Below, in pieces: positions 1-13,736 of a DNA stretch of 64,000 nucleotides. Source of the DNA: Chiloscyllium plagiosum (lineage: Eukaryota); NCBI RefSeq assembly GCF_004010195.1, contig NC_057751.1, positions 4,080,961 to 4,144,960 of the forward strand, given 5' to 3'. Position numbers and translations under genes: made by a program. Within the stretch, counting starts at the first letter, position 1. Each line of letters begins with the position of its first letter. The notes beneath the pieces are model-generated. The model was not told where the DNA came from. It did no database searches and saw only the letters and a list, made by a program, of their open reading frames with translations.

Positions 1-120
1 GTTTGGAGGGATATGAGCCAGGTGCTGGCAGGTGGGACTAGATTGGGTTGGGATATCTGGTCGGCATGGACGGGTTGGACCGAAGGGTCTGTTTCCGTGA
101 TGTACATCTCTGTGACTCTA
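1..120 (+). mobile_element. CR1-type LINE 3' end fragment (HER1-like)
   Basis: gtttggagggatatg...ggaccgaagggtctgtttcc tail recurs at the ends of the CR1 fragments at 18085-18460, 22514-22960 and 33375-35315. Confidence 0.7.
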
Positions 121-3098
121 ACTTCCATACCCTTCATTTTATTATCATCCATGTGCCTATCCAGAAGTATATTAAATATCCCTAATGCATCTAATTTTAC
201 TGCCACTGCTGACAGTGCATTCCACTCATTCACCACTCTGTATGTAACGAACCTACCTCAGAAATCTCCCCTTAACCATCCGCTAATCACCCAAAAATTA
301 TACCTCCTTGTAATAGCTATTTATGTCAGGGTAAAAAATCTCTCTCTATGGCTGGTCGTGAAGAAGCAGTGCCAAGTGGCAAAGGATAACTGCATTCTGT
401 AACTGATGATGATTATACCAATGATTGTACCATGTGGACCAGGCACATGTTCAAAATATCCAGTAAAATCTGATGGAAAATGTGAACCCAATTCCTGTGT
501 CAGTTGTCACCATTTCAAAGTCTAATGTTATCAGACTCACATTCTGTGGTTTGAAAATGATTATGTCACAGCTTGGCTCTGCTCAACATTGCAATGCACT
601 TTTCCCATTTGAGCAGAAAAACCAAGTGCAAACATTGCATTCTTTTTATGATCTGAACTACCCTACACAAAAGGGAGATAGATAGAGACACCGCAATAAC
701 TTTTTTTTAAATGGTACTATATAAATCGTGGAGATGGAAACATTTGCAGGTCACTGGAGAAGGAGAAGAGAGTTAGACTGATCGGATGGACCTTTCCAAC
801 AGCTGCCCCAGACACATTGGGCCAAATGGTCTTCTCCTGTGCACTCCATTTCTCTTATGCTTCTTTGAAGATGTTTGTTGTGGGGATTGTGTCATTCTGT
901 GTTAATGAAGATGTGGAAAATCAATGCTTTTGCATCCATTATGAATGAAGAGGTTGCACACGGTTGATCTATGTCCTTCCCTGACAACAGTCTTTGCCAT
1001 GCACACTCCAGAAAACTCTCCTATTGCACCATTGTGACTGATCTGTTACTCACATCAGTCATTTGTCTTTTTATGAAACACAGTTAAATTATGTGCTACT
1101 GCACCCATACAGGACCCTGTCAAGACTTGTTAAGTGTATTTCACTTACAGCCCTCACAGCAGCAGAGAAAGGTTTTAATGGAATTATTTTTGGCTTAGTT
1201 TGAACCCAGGTCTCAACCTAAGTTGGAACAACAACATACAACGTATTGAACCATTCAATTCCCATCAGGAATTCCAGATTTCCATCCATTCTTCTGGATG
1301 GATGAATGTCTGTCAGCCTTAGTCCCTGTGACTGTTCTATAGAAAAGAGAAAACTGAGACGTAATCAAATAGACATTTTTGAAGTTATGAATGAAGATAA
1401 TTGTATTGAAGATTTTTCCTTTTTTGGGTGAGTTCAAACGCGGGTCATAAGATTGTCACGAACAAATCGACTGAGGAATTCAGAAGAAACCTCTTTTTTC
1501 AGACAATGCAACTGTGCTTCCTTAAGAAACATGCAAAAGGTTTAGATAGGAATTTTCAGAGATTTGGGCTTAGCCAGCTAAAGGCAAGCTCACCAGTAGT
1601 ACATCGATTCAAAGCAGGGCAGTACAAAATGCTAGAAATGGGGGAGAAACTATATTTTGGAGATTTGCAGAACTGGAGGAGCTATATAAATGAGGGACTG
1701 TGTCTTTCTGTATTCCAAGCAACTCAAGGTAATACACGTTGAAATCCCTTCCCATTTTTCCATTGATGTCAAGCTGCACTCTGATGTTATCTCAATGAAT
1801 ATAAACAGTAAGTGCCTCAATTAGTGGCAATGGTAGCTCCTTGATTATTCACTCCTGAGCATTGCCTGCAACTGTGGGAATCAGAACTGGTACACGCATA
1901 ACTTGTGCAATCGCAGTAAACTACTTGTGTTTTTCTCCTTTCAAAAAATCGAACAGAACTCAACATTCTGGACAATTCTTCACTTGAACTATAGAATAAA
2001 AGATGATATTCTGGAACATCAATTCGATATTTGGAGTCCTTTGGAAAGGAACCAATGAATGACTCATATTCAAGATTTATTTGATTTCCATTGTTCTTTC
2101 CTGAAGTCACAAGCACTAATCCATTCATTAGCTGGCAAATCGAGAAACCAGTTCACAGTTTAATCATGTTATGATTATGTTTGCTCGGGGTGGTCCCAAG
2201 TGTTGAATTTAATGCTGGAAGCTGATCTGTTTATCTTACAGAATCAGTAATTCCTCCTGTCTTTCATGCTCAGTGCAGCAGCATTTCTGCAGTAGGTTTA
2301 TTATGATTTTCGCAGCTCAATTTCAAATAAACTTTCTCCTTCTGATTCTGCTTTGTTTATTTTTTCCCCTCCTGGCGCTGCAAATTTCTCTGGAGTATCG
2401 AGGTATCTTATTACCTCTTCCATCATAGCTGCTCACAGCTGCAGAGAACCTTTATGACTGAGAAGTGAATTGCATGGGTCACAAGCAACAATCTCTACCA
2501 CTTAGACAATCACTGTAGTTCAGCTGACAGAAGCACATTGCCAGAGGCCAACACAATTCTAGTTCATTTCCTTGTTGACGCTTAAAACAGGTGAGCTCAA
2601 TGAAACTGCACATCTCAATTGTAACAAGGAAACATGCAGTGACACAGAGACTAATATTTATATTTAGTCTGGGTAGTGGGCAACGATCACTAAATGAAGT
2701 CCTAGTGCCTGTTTCCACTGAGAAAGTCACTTTCCACAAATGCCATTGAAAATGCTCAAGTCTTTGAGTGACCACTCAATCAGATTTGTCATATGCATTC
2801 CTCACCTTGACCCCAAAACCAACAAATGATTTAGCAAGCATGCCAGCATACTTGTGATAGTACCTGCTCCAGGTGCATCTGGCAATGGCCAATGTGGGAA
2901 GGTGTCTTATATCTCAAGCCAATTGTAATGCGGAGAATGATAGAGTAACCATCCCACTACCTGTCTGGCCATTTTACATCCTATTGACCCCAGTTATGTT
3001 AACGTTCCTTCAAAGAGCTGCAAGTGGTGGAGTGGACTGAGTTGGCAGAGAAGAAACATGATTCCTCAAGCAAAAGATGATGCAATTTGTGAATTTCG

Positions 3099-3413
3099 AT
3101 TAGATTACTTACAGTCTGGAAACAGGCCCTTCTGCCCAACAAGTCCACACCGACCCGCCGAAGCACAACTGACCCAGACTCATTCCCCTACATTTACCCC
3201 TTCACCTAACACTCCAAGCAATTTCCCATGGCCAATTCACCTGACCTGCACATCTTTGGACTGTGGGAGGAAACCTGAGCACCCGGAGGAAACCCACGCA
3301 GACACAGGGAGAATGTGCAAACTCCACACAGTCAGTCGCCTGAGGTGGGAATTGAACCCAGTTCTCTCGCACTGTGAGGCAGCAGTGCTAACCACCGTGC
3401 CACCGTGCCACCC
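3099..3413 (-). mobile_element. tRNA-derived V-SINE (HE1-like)
   Basis: Minus strand has a tRNA-like head (A box tggttagcactgc region, B box ggttcaattccc), the V-domain (tgtgtggagtttgcacattctccc...ccacagtccaaagatgtgc), a CR1-like tail and a taatc repeat end. Confidence 0.85.
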
Positions 3414-3499
3414 CTCAAATATACTCCACAGATAATCAGGTTCTTCTTTAATTTATTTACAACACTAACTATTTACAAGGCAACAATATCACGTTTTTT

Positions 3500-4270
3500 C
3501 TTTTCTTGCAAAAATACTTTATTCATAAAAATATCTTACATTCATACACAGTTACTAAAATAGTCGAGTTCTGCACAGTCTTTGCATATGGAGAACAAAC
3601 AAACATTGCAGTTTGACTTTTTCCATAATTCCAGCAAACCCAAAGCAATTTCTTAATTACCCAACACTCTACTTACATATATCTTCCCCCACTGCGCCTT
3701 GGCAGCAGCTGCCCCAAGCTTATTGCATCCCTCAATACATTGTCCTGAATCTTGGAATCTGCTGGTCAGCAACACTCGGTCGAAGTTAATTCTTTATACA
3801 CTGGAAGACCAACAAGTTTTGGGCAGACCAAAGCGTGTCTTTCACTGAGTTGATCGTCCTCCAGGCACAGTTGATGTTTGTCTCGGTGAGTGTTTTGAGG
3901 AACAAACATAGAGTACACAGTCCTGCATCACGGAGCTACTTAGGATGTACTTAGACAAAATTCACTGTCTCTCTCCATGCTCCTTTTGCACCGGTGCATT
4001 CCAGAAGGAAATATGTAACTGTCTCTTCCCCCTTCCGCAGGCACTTCAAGGGGAGTGTGCAGTGGCACAGAGGGTCTGGGCATACATGAACAATCTCACA
4101 GGTGGTGCCCTTCTCAAGTGACATTTTGTTGGATTGTTCTGCCGATGAGGCGCTTGACCAAATGACTTTAACAGGCTGCTCAGGGAACAACCCAACAAGA
4201 TTAACCCTCTCCTTCTCCATAAGGGTCTTGAGGACACTATGTGCAGACAACTTCCTGATGAATATCACAG
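3500..4270 (-). mobile_element. Tx1-like (L1 clade) LINE 3' fragment, degraded
   Basis: Minus-strand remnants read ...GEETVTYFLLEC... (zinc-knuckle-like) and AWRTINSVKD-like C-terminal sequence, followed by AATAAA and an A-rich end near 3500-3530. Confidence 0.6.
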
Positions 4271-7200
4271 ACTGGGTGTGGACTGAATGATGTGTGTGTG
4301 TCATTGCACATACACAGCTTACTGACTACATTGATTCCATGAAACAGAGACTGAAAGCCTTTATTGTGGAACATCATTGTGAAGTCATTCAGCTGTCTTC
4401 ATGCTTCAGGCCTGTCTGGTCTGGAATCTCTTCAAGAAAGCAACAGAAAAGCTGAAATTGACCAACACAGAGTCATCAAACAACATCTGTAGGCTCACTG
4501 TGCATGGTCACATAATTTTCTTCAACCATCATTTTGATATAGAGATTACAAGCATGAAAATCACAGACATTAAAAACACCGATATTTTTCTATCATGTAC
4601 AGAATCGGTTTGGCTTGTATTCTGCTATTCCAGTGATTCAATAGACTATTTTCTGTTAGAGATATTTATTTCCTGATGGAAAGTAATTCACAAGGCAATA
4701 AAACACAAAAAGGAAACCGTACATTATCTGAACATTTAAGTACATGAAATGTCAGAGCAAGCATCAACAATCCAACCAGGTCTTTAGTATTCAAAGATGC
4801 TAAAAACTCCAGGCTATTCACAAAGCAGTCATTGAACAGTTCAAATTTTGTGATGTGTTCAGAAGACTGCACTGTTTAATAGATAAAACAAAAACTCGTG
4901 GAAATAATCAGCACATCAGGTAGCATGTGTGAAGACGGAAACAAAGTTACTTGCAAAGTTTCAGAATCCAAACCTCAGTTGTACTTTGCTTTACACTGCA
5001 GTTCAGGAGATATTGAATTAAACAATTTGTGAAAGGAAAAGTATGTTTTCAGCATAATGTGTAAGGTACATGGATTTGACAAGGTAGAAGGAGAGAAGAC
5101 GTTTCCACTTGTGGTCTCCTCCATAACTGAGGGTCACTAATATTAGTTGATGATGTATTCAATGAGGAATTCAGGAGAAACGTAAATACTGAGAGGGGGA
5201 TGAGAATCGAGAGCTTAAGTGGAACAGTTCAAGTAAACAACATAGACATTTTTAAGGTGTGGCCAGATTTGTATAGATGGAAGAAACAAATAGAAGAATA
5301 TGTTGACTGACTGATATTTAGACAGATGGAAAGAGGCATTTTGAGGACATAAACATAGATGTGTTGAACTAAGTTGTCAAATTCAATAATGAAAACTAAA
5401 TTAATTATTCGAATGTGAAGATTGAATGGAATGAGTCTTTTCTCCATGGAGTAGAGAGAGAGTTGCTTACTTTAAAATGTGGAAACCACAAAGGAGGTGC
5501 TGAGAGACTGGTCCCCCAACTCATCAGTCTACAGCTCGAGGTCATAGTCTCAGGGTAAGGCATCAACCATTTAGGATTGAGATGAGACATTTCTTCATGC
5601 ATAGAGTTTGAATCTCTTCAATGTCAATGCTTAGTTGTAAAAAGAATTTAAGAATGAGATTGATAGAATTTTCAATACTTGGGGAATGAAAGGATAAGTG
5701 GGTAAGTGAAGTTGAGATAGATAGCCAACCACGATGTTCCATAGGACAATGTTATTGAATGTAGAATAGGTTCTAGACGAGCTCCAGCCTAGACTTGGTA
5801 TTTCACATGTTCCAATAAATTCCAATAAAAAAGTACCAGCAGCTGTCAAGTCACTTTGGTACCTTTGCTCATGATGGAAGTCCTGGAATGGAGGTCAGCA
5901 GGTTGTTGTTTTCAACATATGACTCTCCAGAATGACAAACTTTTCTCACATTTTTGTAATAATCCAAATATATTAATGCTGCTGAGTATTTGCCCAGAGC
6001 TGCCATTGCACCACTGGATGTATTATACAGGCTAACAGCTCAGAAGAAAGCTACAAAAAGATTCAAATGTTCCAGAGGAGTTACAACCGAGAACTTCAAT
6101 TCTCCTATTATAAACTGGGAATGAAATTGTGTAATTGACATACAGGGGAGAAGAGTTTCTAAAGTACATACAATTGAATTTTCTTGATCAGTAGGTTTGC
6201 AGTCCAATTTGAAAGGAGGCTTCACTAAATCTGGTTCTGTGGAATAAATCTGGTCAAATGAATCAAGTATCAATCAGGGAACATATAGGAAATAGCCCTC
6301 ACAGTTTCACATATTCAGGTTAATTCTGGAAAAGGAACAATTGAGAGCAAAATTACACAATTGAAGTAGAACCACTTGCAGAGGTCGAGCCAGTAGCAGC
6401 TGAAAGAGATCAAATTTGGATTGAGATGGCAGGTAAGACTGCCAAGAAAAGAACTGCTTTGGTTAGTGTCAAACTACATTGCTCTGGGGGAAAATGTAAA
6501 GCAATGAAAGTTAGCTCCCCAGAAAATCAAAGCAATAATAAGATGCGGTCAATAAACATTGTGGATGGTAGTTGTCAATTTGAAAATACAAGTAAGACCC
6601 AGACTGAATATAAAAAGATGGTAGTTAGCCTGACTTGGACCATTATCAAAGATAGAAAAAAAGAACTGCAGTCAGATTTCATTGTTAAATGAGAGGAAAA
6701 AATGTGTTTATTATGACAAATTTGTCTGTTAGCAAGTGACAAAATGCATTATGAATTACGAAATGCAAATTTAAACAATATGCTCTTTAAATCCCAACAC
6801 AGACATATTCATTCACAAATAGGGAAGACAAGACATCCATTTCTGCAGAAATATCATGGGTCGAAAAAACGGGCAAAAAGGAATAAATTCTGTGGTCCAT
6901 GACTCCAAACCACAAGGGTGGAATGAAGTAACTTCCTCACATTTCTGGTGATGATATCACATTGTTGTCGACTGCAGCAGCCCTCAATCTGGTAGACACT
7001 CTGATAGACCTAGAATTTTAGCTTGAGTTCAAAGTTCTTCTTCTTTGTAGTGTTGTTACTTTTCCAGTCAGTGGGAGAAAGAAAAAGAGATGTGACTTGA
7101 CTTGCAAGCTTTCAGGAGGTATGTACCTCAAGTCTTTGACAAACTGCAACTTCACTATTAAAGCTGTTGTTAGGCAGGTTTTAAGCCAAAGGCACCTCAA

Positions 7201-7689
7201 TCTGTCTCACAAAAAAATCAAATCCAGCTTCTTATCAAAATGTTACATTACCTGTGTGACCAACAAGTGAACATCACACAGTTCCAAGTTTCCTTCAAAT
7301 TGTAAACAAAACCTCGCTTGTTATCTGCAACACAACAGTGTCAAAACTTCCATTTTCCCAGTTCATCTTCCCAAATGAAAATATATGGAAATAAGGAAAT
7401 AAAAAAGGGAAAGAGGGGGAGAGATGAGAACAGACTAGAAGACAACACAAAATCTAATTTTAAAATCATCTATCATCAATTGTAAATGGATTAGTGATAG
7501 GGATCAAAAAGAGGATCCAGGCATGGTGGCAGAAAACATGGCTGAGGTACTAATTAAGTATTTTGAAGGGTGCCTGGCCATTGAGATGCCCTCCCAGTGC
7601 AGCAGCAATTGCGGTGAATGCCATTATTAGCCATTGCAAAGGCCCCAATCTGAGGCAGGAATGTGAATGAGACTGAATGGACCATGTGG

Positions 7690-9236
7690 CACTGCCCTTA
7701 GCATCAGAGGTGACAAACTCAGGCCTGTCAACCCTGCAAAATCCTCCTTACTAATTGGGGGCCACTGGGAGGAGAGCTGCCCTACAGGCTAATCACACAG
7801 TCTGGCACAGTCACATTCACAGAAATGTATATTGCACACAATATTTCAGCCACTTCTGGATATGTCCTGTTCCCCCAGCTGCAAAGAGCTGGAAGAGGTG
7901 GTGGAACAATTTCTGCTGATCACCACTTACCTCTCCCAATCCATAAGCTGATCAATCAGTATGTCTTCACTGAGGGTGGTACATATGCAGTATGTACACT
8001 GGGTGGGGGACTCAATATCCGTGAGCATGAGTCACTCAGCAGCACCACCACTGACAAAACTGCCAGACTTGGTCTGGCACCAGAGGGAATCAACAGAAAG
8101 GGAAAATGTACTTGGAGTCATTCTCAACAATTTATCTGGAGCAGGTGTATCAGTAATGAATACTGATAACAATTGTACATACAACTGGAGGAGAAGGCTC
8201 CACAAATGTCACAAAACGTAAGGCTGAAGCAATCACAACAATAGTCAGCCAGAAGTGCCGAATGGACGATCAACCTTGGCCTGTTCCAAAAATCCCCAGC
8301 ATTGTCGATGGCTGTCTTCATTCCACATTAGGTCGAAAAATGGCTAGAGGTACTCAATTCTGTTAAGATAATGGGCCCTGGCAAGATTCCAGCAATAATA
8401 CTGAAGAATTATGGTGTTGAGCCCCTCGCCCAGCTTTTGCATTACAACTACAACATTAATTTATTTACCTGGTAGAGTGGAAATTAACTCACATTTGTCC
8501 TGTACACACAAGTTGAACAAATCCATCCCAATCCATCAGCATACTCCTGATCAGGAATAAACGATGGAAGAGATCATCAAAAGTGCAATCAAACAGAACT
8601 TGCTTCACAAATACCCTGTTCATTGATGCTCAGTTGGGGTTCTGCCAAGGCCATTCAGCTCCCAAACTCATTCGAGCCTTGGTTCTAAAATGAATTAATA
8701 AGTTGTATTCCAGAAGTGAGGTGAGAGTGACAGACCTTTACATCAACGCAACATTTGACAGATTTTGGCATGCAGGAGCCTGAATAGAATTTGACTCAAT
8801 GAAAATTGGGTTAAAAAAACTCTTCACTGGATGGAGACGTACCTGACACAAATGAAGATGCTGATAGTTGTTGGAGATCCATCATTTCAGCTCGAGGACA
8901 TCTCTGCAAGAGTTCCTCAGGGTAGCGTCCTCAGCACAACAAAGATGTTCACTGATGATTGTGTAATGTTCAGCACAATTTGCGACTTCTGAGATACTGA
9001 AGCAGTCCGTGTTCAACTGCAGCATGACCTGGACAACATACAAGCTTGGACTGATATATGGCAATAAATATTTATGCCACTTATGCCACACTTTATGCCA
9101 GTTTTGTCATAGAAAGACCATTTCCAACAAAAGAGAATCTAATCTTGGCCCTGGTAACATAAAATTACCATCACTGAATCCTCCACTATCCGAGAATGTC
9201 CTTGTGAAGCAGAAACTGAACTACCCAGCCATATAA
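7690..9236 (+). mobile_element. Degraded non-LTR retrotransposon (CR1/L2 group), RT region
   Basis: RT-like remnants: gttcctcagggtagcgtcctc (VPQGSVL), ttcactgatgattgt (FTDDC, a FADD-like motif), cagcatgacctggacaacata (QHDLDNI). Many frameshifts. Related pieces at 27150-27950 (-) and 52410-52706 (+). Confidence 0.6.
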
Positions 9237-12200
9237 GTATGGGATGTGAAGGTGCCAGTGCTGAGCTGGGGTGGACAAGGTCGGATGTCAGACAACAACA
9301 GGTTACAGTCAGACTGGTTTATTTGAAATCACAAGCTTTCAGAGCATTGCCCCTTTTGTTCCCACTCCTTCTTTGTGCATTTACCATTGACAGTTTAAGA
9401 TACAGGAAAGTAACTCCTGAGAAATTGAACTGGGTGGAGATCACATGTCTGAAGTCTTGGGTGCTGAATAATATTCTGTGCAAAGAAATGGGAGATATTG
9501 CAAAACAAAATAATTTGTTTAGACAGTATAATCTATTAATTATTTTCAAGTTACATTGACATCAGTTCAGTTTGGACATGGTACTGCTACTTTTACATTT
9601 TAACACATCATGCGTTTTCTCGGGGGGTAAAATGAAGCTAGAAATATTATTGCTCAGACAGACAGTACAGGTTATTAAAGTTGCATTGACAATGCCGTAA
9701 GTAGTTGCCTTCTCATGAGTTACTGTGCATATACCTGCAATGTATTCTGCAGGGGTCAAACGGTGAATGACGTGTGCTCACGTGCTCTGATTTATATTCT
9801 GAAAGTATTTTTCAACCCAATTAACTGTTTGTCTGCTGTTATTCTCAGATTTCATTTGAATGTTCTAAATTTGAAAGTTTTAGATTCGAAGAGGAATCAT
9901 AGTCTAGACAAAGAATAAATCTTTTCTGAACTATGTGATTAATATTGAATTGAATAATTACTTATATGTGTTTGGACCAAGAATATGGAAGTCAAATAAT
10001 ACGTAGTGTTTTAAAATGTATTTGATGTGCAATTTCACGAAGCTTTTCTTCGCCTGAAACTTGTGTGTAATTTTGTTAGTGTTTTTGGATGTGCTGCTAT
10101 GTCATGCCACTAGATGTTATCAGAGGGAGAGTCATGAACAGCTCATCAGCATTTTTCCTTCCTCAGGCATTTTTAAAATTTATTTAGCGGTGCAAATCTC
10201 TCGAACTAAGCAATGGCCTCATTACTTGCTGATGTTCAGGCGATTAGTCAGCAACTCGGTCTATGGAAAGAGTCTCCTCCTCTGGAAGTCTCTCCGCAGG
10301 ATTGGTTTGTACTGCGGTCCTAGTGGTGGAGATTGGCTACACATTCTCATTCCTTCAGTTAAAGTTGTTTGCTGAGGTATGTTGTTCAGGAAGTTTGCTC
10401 ATTTTGGGGTGCCAAGACAGTGGTGGCAGGCAACAGGTGGATTAGGTAGGTCAGCGTGTGAGGGGCAGCATGAAGAATATCAGCCAACTTGTCGGTTTTC
10501 TTCAATTATCTGGAGCAGGTGGGACTTGAACCCGAGCCTCCTGGTCCAAGGGTCGGCGCAATACCAACTGCACGACAAGAGGAATTTGAGGCGAACTCAG
10601 CGTCAGATGAAGGCTTCTAATTGACCACTTTAGGATAAGTGAGTGCTCTCCCATTAAACCTGGGCTCAGTTCAGGCTCTTGAAATCACTGTTCCCGCCAG
10701 CTGAGCAACAAAGTGGAAACTTGGTTCAATTCCAAGTGACCCCTCTGTCATTGAATTAAAAAGAGTTAACACGCTTAAAGCGGCAACGTTTCTCAGTTCA
10801 GAGTTTGCATTTCCCAAGATTGCCCTGCTTTAAACCTGCAGATGGTACTAATTAAAGACTCATTCTTTGTTCTGATCATGGATTGTAAATTCAACGGAAT
10901 CTACAACCCCTGAAACAGACAATTTTTCCCAACAGATCATTGTCGGTATTAATATTCCACGTGAACCTCTAGACGCCACTTTCATATCGTCCCAACAACA
11001 GGATCGTTATTTGACAGTCATAATCCAATCAAATTAGTTATGACTGCGATTATTTCTGTTCCTCGCATCTGTTCTGTTGAATTTAACATGTATGAGAAGG
11101 TGATCTTCAATATATGTAGCGTAAGCAGAGATTTCAAGCCATTTTGGGAACACTCCAAGATAGTTCTTATGCCCTGCAGCAACATATCTGAAAGAGGAAA
11201 GTAAGATGGGCAATCACTTCACATTTGTTTTTATTAAAAAGTGATATGTAATCGAGGTCCAGCAGTAGCACAGCTGGTCAGACTGACTGTCCCAGAAATA
11301 TCCAAACTACCTCCTAACTCATCAAACGGAGAAAAATGTACCATGGACATTCACTTCTTAAGTTAGGGTTTATTTTCCACCACTTTCTATTTTAAGACTT
11401 CAAAATGCGAGAAATGTGAGAAGAATTCTTTAAATCTCACTTTATTCTTCAACTTCTCCCATTTTACTGAGGATCATCACAATGCTGTTTGATTACCCTA
11501 CTCCATCTTCTCCTATCAGTGACCCATTCCCCTTCCGATCATGTTGCATTTAACTCCTTAGCCACCATTTTTTAAATGTGATCTTCAGTTGTTCTCTTTT
11601 CCGATGTCCTGGCAATCCCATCTCCATCACATATTTCAGTCCCTTTCTGAAGTGGACGACCATATCAATTCATTCTGTTCAGTCTTTTTCTGCATCGTTT
11701 CCACAATCTTCACTGTCATCTTACTGGACTAATTCCTGATGCCTCCTTTCTTGTCACTGACCACATCCATTTCAGGAAGCGTACCTCTTTGCCTGAAATC
11801 ACAACAGCTTCACTCTGTCCCTCTTCCCTTGGATCTAACTGACAGTCTCTAAATTGGATCTTTGGTCTACAAATCATAATCCATGTCTTCCACTATTTTA
11901 TTCCAGATACTCAGTCATGTTCTCATCACCCTCAGCAAAAAGCTCCACTTGCAAACATCTGACCAAGACACTTCTTGACGAATTAGTTCTCTTAGAACAT
12001 CATTGACAACTGAATTGTTACATATGCTGTTATCTTTCCAAAGTATGTATTGGTAAAAAGAGTCCTCCAGCAAGGAGACAGGCCCTTCGGCCCTAACTGG
12101 TCCATGATGACCAAAAATTATGTGTAATATACATTTTACCATTTTCAAAACGTATCCATTGCTAAATCACAGACCTAGAATTTTTCTTTCACAACAGTAG

Positions 12201-12419
12201 CATTATGTCATTGACATGGAACAACCACTTTCTGTCCCAGAAAAACTGTAATCACTGTGAAAAAAGATGTCAAGTTTGGTCTGCTTAGCACATGAATCAC
12301 TGTCACAGGACTGGTCAGATGAACCCAGGACCTGATCCAGAACCACTTGACCTGAATAAGACACAAATGCAGCATGATACTCTGATTCTATTTCATTCAG
12401 ATGTGAACCTCAATTCAGT

Positions 12420-12815
12420 GGTCACACTCATGCCACGATGTCAGAGCGACATTATGTTCAAGCACAATTCCAGAGACTTGAGAACAGAGTCAAAACTGAC
12501 ACTTAAAGGGCAATCATTCAGATAAAGTCTTCAACCAAGACTCATTTGCCTTGTCAGATGAGTTTAAGCAAACTTATTATGAACTGCTGAAAGATGAGCA
12601 GTTCCCTTGGCGTCTTGTTCTCTTGGCATCTGGGTGATATTTATATCTCTCGGCATCACAACAGGAAAAACCGTTTTTGTATTACTGGGTTTGTATCTTG
12701 CTGTGCGCAATTTGAACCCTGTATTCCCCTCAAGATAATGGTAGTTGTACTACAAAAAGCACTTCATTAGTTGCGAAATGCTTTGAGAGATTGTGACAGG
12801 GTACATAAATGCAAA
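12420..12815 (+). mobile_element. Ancient SINE relic (DeuSINE/SacSINE1-like)
   Basis: Degenerate gctgtgcgcaat...aaaagcacttcattagttgcgaaatgctttg...ataaatgcaa block. Similar blocks at about 13880-14020 (+), 19960-20120 (-), 36330-36480 (+) and 58460-58990 (-). Family named from recall only. Confidence 0.4.
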
Positions 12816-13065
12816 CATTTTGTTTCCTGTTGTTTAATTCTTCCAATACTTGGACGTTTCCCTTTTCTTGTGACTTGTTTTTCTCTTTTAAATCTCAATC
12901 TATATTGTAAGATAATCAAATTCACCTGATACCCTGTGCCAGCATTTCTTCCTTGCCCATGTGTCTCTCTCTCTCTTATTTAAAGTAGACTTAAAAATCA
13001 GACCGACTGAAATCAGTAAGTATTTCACTGGCAAGAAAGATTGGATAGCTTTTGTGGAAACAGTG

Positions 13066-13269
13066 TCGGTAGAATGTGGAGCTGGAAAGTCACGGCAGGT
13101 CAGACAGCAAGGGGAGGAGCAGGAAAGTCGACGTTTCGAGTCGGGACCCTTCATCAATCTGAATGAAGAATTCCGACCCAAAACATCGACTTCCCTTGCT
13201 GTCTGACCCGCTGTGACTTTCCAGCCCCACATATTATCGACTCTGTCTTTGCAGCATCTGCAGTTCTTA
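13066..13269. mobile_element. Fold-back element from a Penelope-like (PLE) terminus, degenerate hammerhead
   Basis: Inverted arms (ctggaaagtcac...cagacagcaaggg / cccttgctgtctg...gtgactttccag) with a cagcatctgcag end and eroded TGATGA..GAAAC motifs. Confidence 0.65.
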
Positions 13270-13500
13270 TTATCAATAGAGATAAGTAGCAAGGTATAAA
13301 ATAGACCCCAGTGTAACTGAAGGGATTCATAAATGTCCCAAAACCAGCCCTGCCTTTTTTGGACCGGGAACTTGTTGGCCTTACCAATCTGTTTTACGAA
13401 CATGCAAGTCCGATCCTAAAACAACGGTTGATGCTAAACTTTCTTGTGGCGTTGCCTGGCTTGGTACTTAGTTTTATCAAACTGTGTCACTACAATTGTG

Positions 13501-13736
13501 AGGACAAAGCGAGGACTGCAGATGCTGACGATCAGAATCAAAAAGTGTGGTGCTGGAAAAGCACAGCCGGTCAGGCAGCATCAGAGGAGCAGGTGAGTCG
13601 ATGTTTCAGGCAGAAACCCTTCATCAGGAATTAGGCTCATTCCTGATTAAGGAGCTTATCCCCGAAACGTCGATCCTTCTGCTCCTCTGATGCTGCCTGA
13701 CCGGCTGTGCTTTTCCAGCACCACACTTTTTGACTT
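13501..13736. mobile_element. Fold-back PLE-terminus element with TSD
   Basis: Arms of about 93 bp spanning 13538-13733. Flanking repeat tgtcactacaattgtg / tgtcactggaattgtg at 13485-13500 and 13737-13752. Partly eroded hammerhead cores. Confidence 0.8.

Noticed and set aside
9072..9100. Three ttatgcca tandem units, and the poly-C run at about 16919-16935
   Set aside because: Simple slippage repeats with no spacer structure; not CRISPR-like.
10085..10100. ccactagatgtta CTCF-like motif
   Set aside because: It lacks the GGC core and has no CpG-rich context.
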